Both the position numbers and the translations under genes were made by a program. The notes beneath the pieces were generated by a model, which made no database searches, had not been told where the DNA came from, and worked only from the letters and a program-made list of their open reading frames with translations. A DNA stretch of 64,000 nt from Marsupella aquatica (Eukaryota; Plantae; Marchantiophyta): contig OZ316897.1 in NCBI GenBank assembly GCA_973895155.1, positions 8,455,832 through 8,519,831 of the forward strand. Reading direction: 5' to 3'. Below, piece by piece: positions 13,420 through 25,160 of the stretch (position 1 is the first letter of the stretch; the number at the start of each line of letters is the position of its first letter).

Positions 13420-14413
13420 GTATTATCTGCCCGCTACGCATGATGCCCAAATGCCCCTTCTAGAAGGCCTACCTCTCCTGAAATACTGAGAGTTGTCCAC
13501 ACATTCTTTTCCTTGTTCCTTATGAGGGCATATGGACAATTTTTGAACCGATGATGTGCATGATTCAGAATTATGATAGGGCCCACTCCAGTCTAGAAGT
13601 TTCAATTTGTGATAACGGTCAATATTCCCATCACCGTGGTGAGGCCACAACCAAACCGGAGGGTCAATTGACCCTGAGGCAGATCCTCCCAATCTTGGCA
13701 AAATTCAGTCCACTAATGCACTTGTGGGTCAGTCCAACAACGATTTCCACGATGCCACCGCCAGCATCCAGTTTGATTGAACTTTGGCATACTTGACACC
13801 GTGGTCAGTGACAGCATGACTCAATTCGACCACCGTGAGCTGAAAACAATCAGAACTGTTCTGTGGCTTATTCCACATTTCATGCTCAGCTCCTTCTGGC
13901 AGGTGGAGAAATTCGTTGCTGACCCAGTATCTCGTGCGGCAAAAGCACTGTAATGTTGGCTGTTGACAATGTGTGGGTAACTTCCTCGATGTGAGTTCTC
14001 TCGACTGCTGGGTCTTGAGAGAATGCACATTGTGTCTTCCCCAGAGAAGATTACTAAGCTCGCCATAGAAGAACTTAAGTACTCATATTGAAGCACCTTG
14101 TGATCAATGCTCGAGCTTATGGGTCTGGGGAGAAAGCAACTTGTGCCCATACCCTAGAAAAGAATAATCTGCTGGCCACAGACTTGGAGGACCCAAAATT
14201 GAAGCCAAGAAGATAGGACGTCAAGTAACCAGAAGGGTGCTGCAAGAAGATGAAAACCATCCATAGAGGAGGTGCCTGTGTGTCCCCACCCCACTCTAGA
14301 AAGAAAAAACCTACTGGACACAGAATACCCAAATTGACACAAAGGATTGTGAGGTCAAATACCCGATAAGGGTGCTGCCATGAAAGGCTGGATTCAAACA
14401 ACCTTTCATTCAT
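13420..14413 (-). pseudogene. Degraded GT61-like glycosyltransferase paralog
   Basis: An ATG ORF with a hydrophobic N-terminal segment starts 41 bp after the GT61 stop. Joining across frameshifts gives 'ILSRPSSRE..IEEVTHTL', 'STCQKELSM' and 'SAHG../ELSHAV'. These parallel 'IINRLNSSREIRNADEVEAVL', 'SFCQQVSVM' and 'TPHGSHNVNFLF' in the intact neighbour. Many stops and frameshifts. Confidence 0.4.
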
Positions 14414-14454
14414 TCAATTCATTCGATGTGAATTTCACTCACTACACCATAAAC

Positions 14455-15795
14455 CTAACGATAAAGAGCTAATAAAAGCCTGAGCTGGTGAAGATCTACA
14501 TGGACGTTCTGGCCCTTGGCGTAATTCATGCACTGCCTGACCGAGAAGCAATTTTTCCACCCGAAGAGAAGAGAATATAGAGTCATCCTCAACGGCATCC
14601 CGCCATGCTCCTCTGTGGGCCAAGTCCCAAACAGCTCGTGGTAACCTAACCTTGCAGAGTGCACGTAGTTGCGAAACCAATCGAGGTAGTACAGTAAAGG
14701 AAAGGCCTCAAGCACAATAGCCCCCGGGCGAGCAAATAGGAAATTAACATTGTGAGATCCATGAGGAGTCACAAACATATCCGCCTCTGACATCACACTG
14801 ACCTGCTGGCAAAAGCTCCCCACCCCACTCGTCACCCTCCTAACAGGCACCCCCAGCTCCCTCTCCAGGACAGCCTCCACTTCATCAGCATTCCTAATCT
14901 CTCTGGATGAGTTCAGCCTATTGATAATCACCACATCCTTCACAGGCTTTCTCCTCTCCATCGGCTTGATCTCACAATGAGACAGCACCTTCTGTCTGAG
15001 CCAGTCATTCGATTCAGTGTTGGGTACATACCCTGCATTTGTCACACCAGAGAAGAGCACAGCATCTTCAAAGCAGATGGCCTTCTCCCCACGTTCTGGA
15101 ACAGGGGGGAATTTCACATGCAATTCATCTGCAAAAGCCTTCATCAGCCCGATGGACCACACAGATGTCACCTCTGGAACCGGATCTGTAAACCAGTATA
15201 ACGAGGAGCCATTCAATCCATAAAATCGAGACAGGAGGATTGCCGGGATCAGCTTCTCGGCCTCATGGTGTGGACTAGGCCCGACTTTGTGCCCATTGGG
15301 CATCATTTTCATGTCACCCACCATCTGGGTTCCGTGGATCCACACTGCTCCCACATTCTCCTCGTTCTTCATCTCGTGAGGACACACCCCTCTCTTGATG
15401 GCCACACTTCTTCGCCAGTACTGATCTTTGCCAGTAAATCTCAAGCTCGAAGGTAAGAATTGCCCTCCCCCGCTGCAAACCGTGACCATGTCATGGGAGA
15501 TGCAGAGGTCTCGCACTCTGGGGAAGCACCGGCCTCCGCAGTTGTTGGAGCAGACGACATCCTCTTGCAGAATATAGGGGTGGTCATCCAGAGATGTCAG
15601 CGTGTTGCTCGAGCAGGACGGTAGGGCGGTTGGGCTCCGGTAGCTGGGAGGGGGGACGGAGGCCATCCATTGGATAAGGATTAAGGAAATTAGGAAGGTG
15701 AAGAAGATTAAAAACCAGTTTCTACGGATGAAAAACCCTGTCACTCGCCGAACTCCTCCTCCTCCTCCTCCACGCCGCCTGATGTAGGTCATCAT
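14455..15795 (-). CDS. Glycosyltransferase family 61 (DUF563-type), type II membrane protein, 446 aa, intronless CDS
   Basis: Single 446-aa ORF with a basic N-tail and TM segment (WFLIFFTFLISLILIQW). GT61 hallmarks 'ICFEDAV', 'IINR..SSREIRNADEV', 'QQVSVMSEADMFVTPHGS..VNFLFARPGAIVLEAFP'. Confidence 0.88.
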   Translation of the reverse strand: MMTYIRRRGGGGGGVRRVTGFFIRRNWFLIFFTFLISLILIQWMASVPPPSYRSPTALPSCSSNTLTSLDDHPYILQEDVVCSNNCGGRCFPRVRDLCISHDMVTVCSGGGQFLPSSLRFTGKDQYWRRSVAIKRGVCPHEMKNEENVGAVWIHGTQMVGDMKMMPNGHKVGPSPHHEAEKLIPAILLSRFYGLNGSSLYWFTDPVPEVTSVWSIGLMKAFADELHVKFPPVPERGEKAICFEDAVLFSGVTNAGYVPNTESNDWLRQKVLSHCEIKPMERRKPVKDVVIINRLNSSREIRNADEVEAVLERELGVPVRRVTSGVGSFCQQVSVMSEADMFVTPHGSHNVNFLFARPGAIVLEAFPLLYYLDWFRNYVHSARLGYHELFGTWPTEEHGGMPLRMTLYSLLFGWKNCFSVRQCMNYAKGQNVHVDLHQLRLLLALYR

Positions 15796-16604
15796 CCTGT
15801 CTGCTATTCCCCTTATGATTGCCTCTTGGTACTTGAGGGAATTTGATACCCTTCGTTTTGCCTTCAGGTCTCTTCCGAGCTGTTTCAGTCTTCATCAATC
15901 ATTCATCTCCGACTCCAATCGAGCTCGTCCTTTCTGTGTCTCTTCAGCCAACCTCCTCGTACTCTTTTTTCGTTCATTCCTGTCCAATCCAGCTCCACCT
16001 CCTTCGCCTGCTCTTATTCAGCCAGAGACCTCTCTCCTAAACCGCTTCTCTTCAGTTTCCAACATCTGATAAAAGTTCCGACTCTTTAGCCTGCACCTCC
16101 GATTCAAGTGAGAGCACTACATTGCTTTGATCGACGATCTTCTGGACAAATTTCGTCCAAAAACTACAGTTGCGTTAACCTCCCTCGCTCATGAAGACGG
16201 TGAGTACAAATGGGTGTCTGGCCCTGCTGCACAAAACCTGATATCCAGTACAAGTCTTCTATGCAGAATTCTGGACACGCCCAGAATTACAAGCGTTCCT
16301 GAACGAATGACAATTCCTCCTTGTTGAGCCCTTATTAATTTGTCTGCTGGTTCTGGGAGTTCATGAACCTCTTTTCAACGCTTGTGTTTCAATTCAAGCT
16401 CGGATTCAGGGGATCTTCAAAAACCGCCACTCCTCTCTATTTCATGATCCTCTTACTCAATGTACTGCACATTCAATGGCTACTACCCGAATGCCAGTGC
16501 GTTGCACAGTTGTTGCGGACGTGTTGCGATAGAAATTGAGACTCCAGCCCTCATCATTTACATATAAGAATATAGAGGCAGCTCTGGATCATAGAAAAGC
16601 ATCC

Positions 16605-18268
16605 TTATGAATCTTGACCGGGTCCCTTCCGCTTCCCTCGAATTAGGCCTCGATCCTTCGGCAAAACAAACAGATCACCCAAAATCAAATGTTGCTTTTG
16701 AAATGTTTGTCAATCTCGCAGTATGATCCATATCAACTACGAACTATGGAAGAAGCCAACCTATGCAATCTACAAAGAAGGCACACGCCTCATCGCCAGG
16801 CACAAGAGAAGACATCTCAATCACTATGTCGCTGTCTGGTGCTTGTGATAATAGTGGCTACTTACGTAAGCAGACGCATGCACTCTGCACCTTGTCTCTA
16901 TGAGCAGCACACGAATGGAAGTAAGCTGAAACAGCATCTCACTTCTGCCAAGACAGCTAGGCCTGTGCAAACATCTATACATATCAAAGAACTCAGCGGG
17001 ATAAGACAATATACCTGAGGATCAGAAACAGGCTTCACTCTCTCGACATAACGATGCAAATCTTTCTCTCTTCTTAACATTTGCCTGGCCTGCACATCAT
17101 CGACAAATCGGTTCAGATTGAATTATCCATATCAAACAAAAAGGCAGCTGAGAACCAAATGCGAATTTCCTTGACGTCGGCTTGACCTTAACCCATAGCA
17201 CAACACTTTCCAGTGTTACCAGTTTCATCAATTATGTGAGTCTTCCGGTTAGCTTTTGGAGAGTTTGGAAGCAGATCCTATTCTTCTGTAGCAAGAGAAT
17301 TTCTTACGAGATCGATAGTAATCCACTTCATCTTTCTCAAACGCATCAGAAATATGCTGGTTACTACATAGTTCAGGTGAGGGAGTTTGAATCCTTGCGA
17401 GCCAGACTTCTTGGCTGACGAACTGGTCTACCTCGCAATCACAGGCTCAGGGTAACCTTTGCGCATTGTTAGTCTCGTGGCCCTCTTGGATCCCCTGGAC
17501 ATTGAATCCGTCACTTATTCCCTCCGCAGTCCATTGGACATCATCAGTCCTCCCCAGTCTACTGCACGTGATCTTGTTTGGACCCGTCTTGACAAATCAG
17601 TCCCATTTCACGGGCCATGAATCAAAGGAGCTGCTGGAGATACAAGGGTGGACCAGGGTTTAGGATTATGTCCCCTGTAGGCTCCCATAGGCCCCGCTAG
17701 ACATTAACTTCATTTGTTCAGTCTGGCTCAGTATACTGAACGATATTTTTCTCTTTTTGATATGTCATCCGTGTCCCCATTGTGCCTTCCGCGAATTAAA
17801 GAAGCTGCTAGAGACAGCAGATCGCGTTATGCACCTGCTGGAGACAGGATGCTGGAGCAGGGTTTCGATTTATGACCCGGTCGTGGACCCTGCTGATCAT
17901 TTTGAAGTTCAAAGGTCCCAATTCAAACCTTTCATTGTACATAAGGACCAGCAACAACAAGAATTCTCTCCTCGAGTCCAAAGAACAAGAGGAGTCCATG
18001 GACAGGAGATGCGCAAGCAACCAAGCAACCAGAACAGGCACGGTGAGTGGCCAGATACCAGCAGAAAACAAAGGAGCTAGGGTGACCACGAGGGCAGAGC
18101 TCACTATACCTCCTCCTCTCGCATCGCTTCGCGCTCGGGTTTGATCCACAGGTAGTACGCAGCCGTGCCCGCCACAATCCACGAAGCTATGTTCTGCCGC
18201 CCCCTCACTCCGCCCAGCGCGTTCCCGATGAACGAAGTGATGTTACCGAGCACCGTGTCCCGGGCCAT
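16605..18268 (-). CDS. Small conserved plant single-pass membrane protein of unknown function, 94 aa, 3 exons
   Basis: Exons 18268-18110, 17089-17015 and 16655-16605, all phase 0 and GT-AG. Product: MARDTVLGNITSFIGNALGGVRGRQNIASWIVAGTAAYYLWIKPEREAMREEE/ARQMLRREKDLHRYVERVKPVSDPQ/DRGLIRGKRKGPGQDS*. Resembles a small angiosperm family ('SFIGN.MGGLRG..N.ASW.VAG..AY.LW.KP...RY.E.RKP..DPQ'), recognised from memory. Confidence 0.85.
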
Positions 18269-18697
18269 TCTTGCTCGTCTGTGCCCCGGGCCTCATCCAC
18301 CGACCTAATCAATCATACGAATCAAGAATTTCGCTTCAACAGTCCTCTCCCATTCCTCTCCTCTCCCGAATTCATTGTTCCTCGTGTCACAGAAGCAAAC
18401 CAAATGATTTCATTTCAACAATCCTTCTCTCCTCTCCCTCCTATCCTCAATTCATTGTCACGGAAGCATAGCAAACCGACTTAATGTGCTCAAAACCAAC
18501 AGACACAGCTACTGTGCACAAAAACCAAGCACAAGGATTTTCCTAACCCTCCTCTCCATTTCTCTCCGTTCCTCTCCTTCCCTGAAGTCGTTCTTCCTCT
18601 TGTCACAGAAGCAAAGCAAAACCGACCTAAGGTGCTCAAAACCAGCAGAAAGAGCCTCAGTGCACAGAAAGGAAGCACACAGATTCACATCAACAAT

Positions 18698-18758
18698 CCT
18701 CCTCTCCTCTCCTCTCCTCTCCTCGCCTCTCCTCTCCTCTCCTCTCCTCACCTCTCCT
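18698..18758. repeat. (CCTCT)n pyrimidine microsatellite
   Basis: Repeated cctct units seen directly. Lies within degenerate repeated blocks ('gtcacagaagcaaagcaaaaccgac') upstream of the 94-aa gene. Confidence 0.75.
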
Positions 18759-19935
18759 GTCCTGGATTCGTTGTTCGTCTTGTCACGGAAGCAAAGCAAA
18801 CCGACAGAAGGTGAGCTCAAACCCAACAGCAAGAGCCACAGCGCAAAAAGAGTTCTCAGGGCGTGGCAGGACGACGAGAACGTACCGACGGGGATGGAAG
18901 GAAGGATCATCAATTCCCGCAACATTCGATTCGCTTGGTCGGGGGATCAATCCATCGATTTCCGCAACATTCCGTGGTTCAATTTCAGTCACAGGACGAC
19001 GATCCACAACATCGGAAACGGAGCTCAGCTCAGCTCAGCTGAACTGAGCTGAACTGAGCTGAGCTACCACAGTTATGAGATTCGGACTTGGCTCAAACTG
19101 CGTCGTCCATTCGGATTACAGTACCCGTAATTCAGACTACTGCGTAGATATGGACTACTTTCCTTTGAAATCTTTTTCCAACTTTTATCTTACTATAAAA
19201 TAGCAAACTAAAGCATACTCTTCAAAGGCCTAGGTCTAGAGTGACGTCTCTAGACCTTAACCCCCAATAAGACAAAACTGATAATGAAATTCAATAAGGT
19301 CAAAAAAAATTTAATAAGGATGGACAAAATTGAAGAGGAAACTGAAATGAGGATGAACAAAAAACAAAGATGGGGCAAAGACTAACCAAAATAGAATGTA
19401 AAATTTATTGTGCAAGATTTTTTTTCATATCTAATTAAATTCAAGGAACGGGTGGTGGGGCTAGTAAAGAAGAAATGCCACCAAAACCCCATGTGGGGGG
19501 AGGGGGTAAGAAACCAGTAGCACAATGAATGGAAAGTGACAAATGGGCAACCCCACATGAGAGGACAGACAAATAAAGAGGGCACTACCACAACATGGAC
19601 AAAGACCAGTTAGACAATGTTGGTCTGCACAAAATCTAGATAGGGACTACTTAAAGTAGGGATGATTCTTCACTTATGGGGATGATGTCACACAAACATT
19701 TTTAGCCACGATTACATTCATAATTTTGATTGTACTTCATAGGTCTGCATGCAGCACAGACTTCAGTCTGAATCCTGCATCCAGGCCTGTTAAGTCAGTG
19801 GAAATGTCCATGTTCAAATCAACCAAACAGGCTAATTGTGAAGCTAAGGGTGCCTGCTCGTTTCATTTTGAGGTATTTTGCCTTGTGTGAACTGTGTCCC
19901 TGCATACATGGGTTGACCATATACAATAAAAAAAA

Positions 19936-20246
19936 TCTAACACTATAATAGGCAATCCCGCCCATTTGGCCACTTTCGTCCGTCGTCCCGTTACGAATTT
20001 GAATATCAGCGGGAATGAAACTGAACCGTCAGATTAAGCATCTCTTTTTTCGTATCCATGGGAAACGAGACATGCATCAGATTTTGCTCCCTCCCATGCA
20101 CCCCCGTGCACTCATTATGCCCCTCCATCCCCACCCACAGCAAGGACCTCCGCATAGGGCTTCGCGACCCACGTTTACATTCCATGCACTTTCTCCCTAT
20201 GGGACCGGCCCTCCTTGCACAGTGCAACGCACTGGCATAGGGCTCG
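19936..20246 (+). mobile_element. Helitron-like element, second family member (~311 bp)
   Basis: A|TC start. 5' similarity to the 1462 copy ('ataata.g..atcccgcc...tcgtccc..tac...gcgggaatga'). 3' hairpin CAGTGC-AAC-GCACTG followed by GCATAGGG-CTCG. Confidence 0.75.
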
Positions 20247-21346
20247 CACCTCATAATGGAACACCAATCGTCCTTGACCCTATATGTATAGGGTTCCTTT
20301 GCATAGTAAATGGTGTGATCTGTGGACTTACATATGCATGGAGACCAGATGCCTTGTAAAGAAAATACAAGCCACTATTTTGTGTACTTTCAGAGCCTAT
20401 GGACATTTACATGAGATCCTCTGAACTATTATTTTGAGCAAAGATGCAACGTTTCACATCATGCACATGTGATTATCCAATAAACAAGTGGTCAACAACA
20501 AAAGATATGTGGTTCACCTCCAATAAGACTACGGCCACGGGAACATAGAAGAACTTTACTGCACTTTAGGTCTGTCGACCATACCAAATATCCACAACAC
20601 AAACTCTCACTATCTTTCTAGTGACTCTGTGTCAATGAGCCTGAGATTCTCCTCTACAAGCTAGCACAAGTTGTGTATAGAGTGCACAACATAGCTAACT
20701 GAACCAAGTCTCCGAATATGCTTAGCCTAACTATGGTTACAATAGTTAGTGTGCAGAATTATAAACGGATCCTGCTTGGACTGAAGCCTCCAGATCATAC
20801 GAGTGGGAAAAATCCTCCTGTTGGAAACAAAGAGTCCGATAATTGCCATAAAGTCCAGTCCAAAGTCCCACTCTCTGGAGCCTTACCATTATAGAGGGAA
20901 GAGATGGTAGGAATCTCCTCACTGTCCTTTTGGTCAGAACTATCCGCAAAAAAACCTTGTCACTAACTTGACAGCACACTCCTTGCTCAAATTCCTTTCA
21001 GCCACACCTTCCGTAACATGAAAAGTGGTGTCCACTGATGACTACATCGTCCCATTCACTGTGAACTCTCCTTTCGACAAAATTGCCGTATTAATTGATA
21101 TCCTCCACACTCCGTTCAATAATGCCTTGCCAGTAATCAGAAAGATAAGGGCCCAGCATGGAGTCTCTCCTGAGTACAGAAGCATTTTACCTTAATCATA
21201 AACGTTTGGGCAATCTCAGCGAGAGAAATCTGAAGTGCGATGCTAGATCCCAGCTAATCAGAGCACAGCCCTCAAGAGTACCTTGAAGTTGAACCTCAAG
21301 TTTGGATTTAGCTGCAACCATCATTCCACCTCAATATCTTCTATTG

Positions 21347-22194
21347 TTAAGGAAGAATCCTCCTTTGCCTTCTCCTGGCAATTTTGTTCCCAATAGCCCG
21401 GAAACAAAGTAGCAATGCAACCCCTATAACTAGAAGAGAAAGAGAGAGAGCTATGTCCCTAAAGTAGAGAGTACCGGCTGCCACCAGCAATAAAATAACA
21501 ACCATGAAAATGCCCCATCGGTTAGGGGTAGGTGAATCAACCCTACAACAACATTCACAAACTTGAGTCATATTGTATCCTCTCAGGCATGAATTGACTA
21601 GATGCCATTTTTGAGCTCTTCATCCTTCCAAAATATTCAGGAGGAGTTGAACATGAAACCGCTTCACATGCATCGTGCACCGATATCACTTCAAGCCAGA
21701 TAGCCTGCCAACGGACTCGAGTTTTAGGGGCTGCAGAGACTGTCAATTATCTGCCGTTACTCGTGGCCATCTACTCTAGCATTGGACAGACGGACCATAT
21801 ACAAAGGGACAGGTGAAGGAAGTACTACAGAGAGACGAAAACGAAACAGAAACTTTGAAGACGCTCACTTAGTTATGACGGCTACAAAACTTTATTTCAA
21901 TTTAGCTGATGAGACAGAGGGGCTCATGTCACTTCTCCAATCACTTTGGCTTTTTTAATGAGAGGCTCCCTCCAACTTCTGGCAGGCAACATGCTTTCCG
22001 GTGAGGAAGATCTCTATTTGTAGTTCGGGCACAATTGTCATTCCAGATTTATGAACGGTTTGGAAAAATGAAGATGGGGGAGTGAGCTTGAACCTGTTGA
22101 CAGCCGCCCAGAATGACAGAGAGGACCAATCTCGCTCCGATCGTAGCTGGTAATCCCTCAACTGCTCCGCTAGGTTTCTCCGAGTTATCATCAT
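21347..22194 (-). CDS. Small conserved plant two-TM membrane protein of unknown function, 98 aa, 2 exons
   Basis: Exon 1 22194-22094 (MMITRRNLAEQLRDYQLRSERDWSSLSFWAAVN, phase 2). Exon 2 21542-21347 (RVDSPTPNRWGIFMVVILLLVAAGTLYFRDIALSLSLLVIGVALLLCFRAIGNKIARRRQRRILP*). The N-terminus matches the plant motif 'R.NLAEQLREYQ.RS..DW' as I recall it. Two hydrophobic helices and a basic C-tail. Confidence 0.82.
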
Positions 22195-24895
22195 TGATTG
22201 GAATCCACCAGAGTGCTGAAACTCCAGGAGGGACACGAAGACCAGCCGAGCTCAGCACACCAGCGCCTTAAAAGCTTGTTGGCCTAGCAAGTCAGCAGCG
22301 GCAGCGGAGGGAGAAGACCCTCCCATTTGTCCCATTTTCAGGATGCCAAATTTATTGAGCTTGCTCCTCCCATGCCTACTGCTGCTGCTGTCACTAGACA
22401 GGGGCACAGGATTCAACACTGCGCTCGTCCAACTCTGTCCTACACAAGGAGAACAATAGCGAGATGTTTACCAATATCGGTGAGTTTGGAAAGGTCTCCA
22501 TGATAAGTCGGTTTCTAAAGGCTTTGAACCCAACTTTGTCAATACGAGCCAATTGCGCAGACAAATGGATGGTGATCAAGAAAACAAGAGTGAGCAGTTC
22601 CTTCCGTTCTAATGACAAATGAGAAGAACGAGTGATTATATGGCAATGAAATAGGCTTTAAGACAGTCATCCATAGAAAAGCGACAGTAGGGAGCGAGAC
22701 AAAGCTCGAAAATCTGAACTTCTAAGCACACCAGTCGGAAATAGTGGCACACACACACTTCTACTAGCAAACCCGCCTACCCCCCTTTTGTTTTTGTTGT
22801 TGGAATCTTCCAACCTAAATCCCAACAATAGTTAGAATTGACGATTACGTTACTCAACTATTGAGTAGTTTCTAGAGACTAGTGGCCGACCAATATCACT
22901 CGAAAATGGGTTTAACAGAACAACGACGAGTACTTAAGGCAGTTTACCTCTAGGTCAGCTCCAAGATTACTGGGATCGGAACCAATCTGCTTCCAGCACC
23001 ATCTGAGCTTTTGCCTCTCGCTGTCGCCGGTTCTATTCCTCATTTGTAATGCGCCAGCAATCTCAATCTTTCAAAAGCGAGAAGAGCTGCTGCACAGCGC
23101 AACAAAGTATAATCAGTGAGGGAGCGAGCATTCAAGCACAGCTCGACGTCAACAGGCGGAAGAAGTTCTGGTCCAGCTCTCCTCAGCTCGTTAATCTTCT
23201 TTTATAACTTTCTCATACTTTTGAAATAATGGGGAACTGCAGAAGGAAATCGAATTCAAAGGATATACTTGCCCCTGAGAAGCGAGGCCAAATTTCAATT
23301 TCTCTTGCAACGTGATGTGGAAATTTAACCAACTTTAGTCCAATTTGAACGATTGCACTGCTTCAAGTAAGTGGAACGAGGACATCCTTAACAATCTGCA
23401 GAGCAGAATCACAACAATTCCAGGAATTGCGAGAAGAGAATGTCCATACCCTGCAGCGAGTTGCCGCAGCCTAAACACGACCAAATGCATCGAATTCAGG
23501 ACGATTACACATATCGAGGATGGGAGAGGAATCCAGCATCAAGCTGACCACCATCTTCTCTGCAAGTCAAAAGCGCAGTGTGAGCTCTGCAACGCAATCT
23601 AGTGAGGAAACAGAGAGCGTCTGCCCATTGAACCGTGAACCTTAGAGAAATCCATCCACACTAAATGCATTAAAGCTCTCGTGTAAGTGCTTTATTGCAA
23701 AAAAATGAAAACGGCTATCGCTCTGTCAGATTCGTCTCCTTCTTTATCATCCACTTTCTCTTTCACTGTTGTTGCTTTACAATGAGAAGCAATCTAATGC
23801 CGACCGTATCTTGGCAGATTTTCTAAGCTCGAGGAATGATATATCCACAGTCGAGCAGCATCCGAAGACTCGGGCAATTTATAAACATTAATGCAGCTGC
23901 AAGACATGACTTCAAGGCTCGGAATATACCACAATTGATCATGAAACGAACCGCAAAGAGCACATTACTCTCAGAGGTTATGAAGCTCTCGTGGCCGAGG
24001 ATTTCAATGTTCAGACCCTTCTTGCGAATTCCTGTACAGACTGAAGGAGTTTAAAGGGAGGCGAACTTTGAACAGCTGGGAAATGCTACTATAAACTTGT
24101 TTGTGATGTGGCATTCCTCCCCCTCAAAAGTATTCGGAATTTGGCAAAATTGATTCTGGATACCGGATCAATGCCATATGTTGCAGATTCAGTGCATATC
24201 TGCGGTCTGCATTCTGATCAACTACAGTCGCGAAGGGACAAGGCCCACAATATTTCGATTTGCCCAAAGAACCCCATGTCTATTTACTGCGTTTGAGGAA
24301 ACATCGGTGCATGATCTCCAGTATTCTAAACTCCCTTCCCATCGTAATTATGACGAGCTAGTGAACACGGAGAGTGATTGGCAGTCATTCATCGATTGAT
24401 GGATATAAGTTCGAGGCAGCCACCTGAAACAAGAACTGATTGGATTCCAACAGGCACAACAGCTCACAAAAAAAATGAAGAATAATGACAGGGAGAAAGA
24501 GAAGACTGCGATTCAGGAAGGCTTGTCCATTGAAGTGTGAACCAAACCAGAGAGGAACCGAGAGACGAAAGTGGACAGAAGCACCTAGAAGCGAACTGAA
24601 GGCCCAACTTGTCAATTGTCTCCCAATGACGAACAGCACCAGCGATGGCACGACATTTTCTGAAAGAAAACACATATGCCAGGTTCCATAAAAGCTCCAA
24701 GGTGCTTGGTGACAATTGTATCTTTTGAACACACCCCTTGGGTCTGGACGGTTTTGGGGGGTGGAGGGTTTAGGGTTTAGTGGGTGGGGTGCCAGTGCTG
24801 AGAGTACTGGTTTCTCTTAGCCCCTGGCTAGTCAGCTTTGGGACCCAGGTTTAACCCTCCTGGTTAGGGTCCATGTTGAATCCCCGGGTATAAAC

Positions 24896-25160
24896 CAGCG
24901 TGTTTTTTAAGTGGCGAATTTCAGCCTCTCTAAGGGAGGCAATGCTAGGAATGTTCTTTAGCAGTTTTTCCCGGATTATATCCTGACCGCCAGATATCAC
25001 GAGATTTAGGGCTGACCATTAGATTCTGACAAATGGGGTCCATGATTTGGTGGGAAAGTGGCTAATGATATACAAAGAATCTAGCAAATTTTAGCCAAAA
25101 ATGGCAAACACTTTTTGAGGAGGTGGAAATTGGCAAAAATTTGCACCTAAATAAATGCTG
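24896..25160. mobile_element. hAT-type MITE (265 bp) with 8-bp TSD
   Basis: Perfect 8-bp direct repeat GTATAAAC at 24888-24895 and 25161-25168. Imperfect TIRs CAGCGTGTTTTTTAAGTGGCGAATTT and (reverse complement) CAGCATTTATTTAGGTGCAAATTT. Confidence 0.8.

Noticed and set aside
18486-19052. 188-aa + strand ORF and antisense ORFs
   Set aside because: Driven by the CCTCT microsatellite and repeated leader blocks upstream of the 94-aa gene.
20775-20795. Partial resemblance to miR319 (TTGGACTGAAG...)
   Set aside because: Only the first 11-12 nt match and no complementary star arm is evident.
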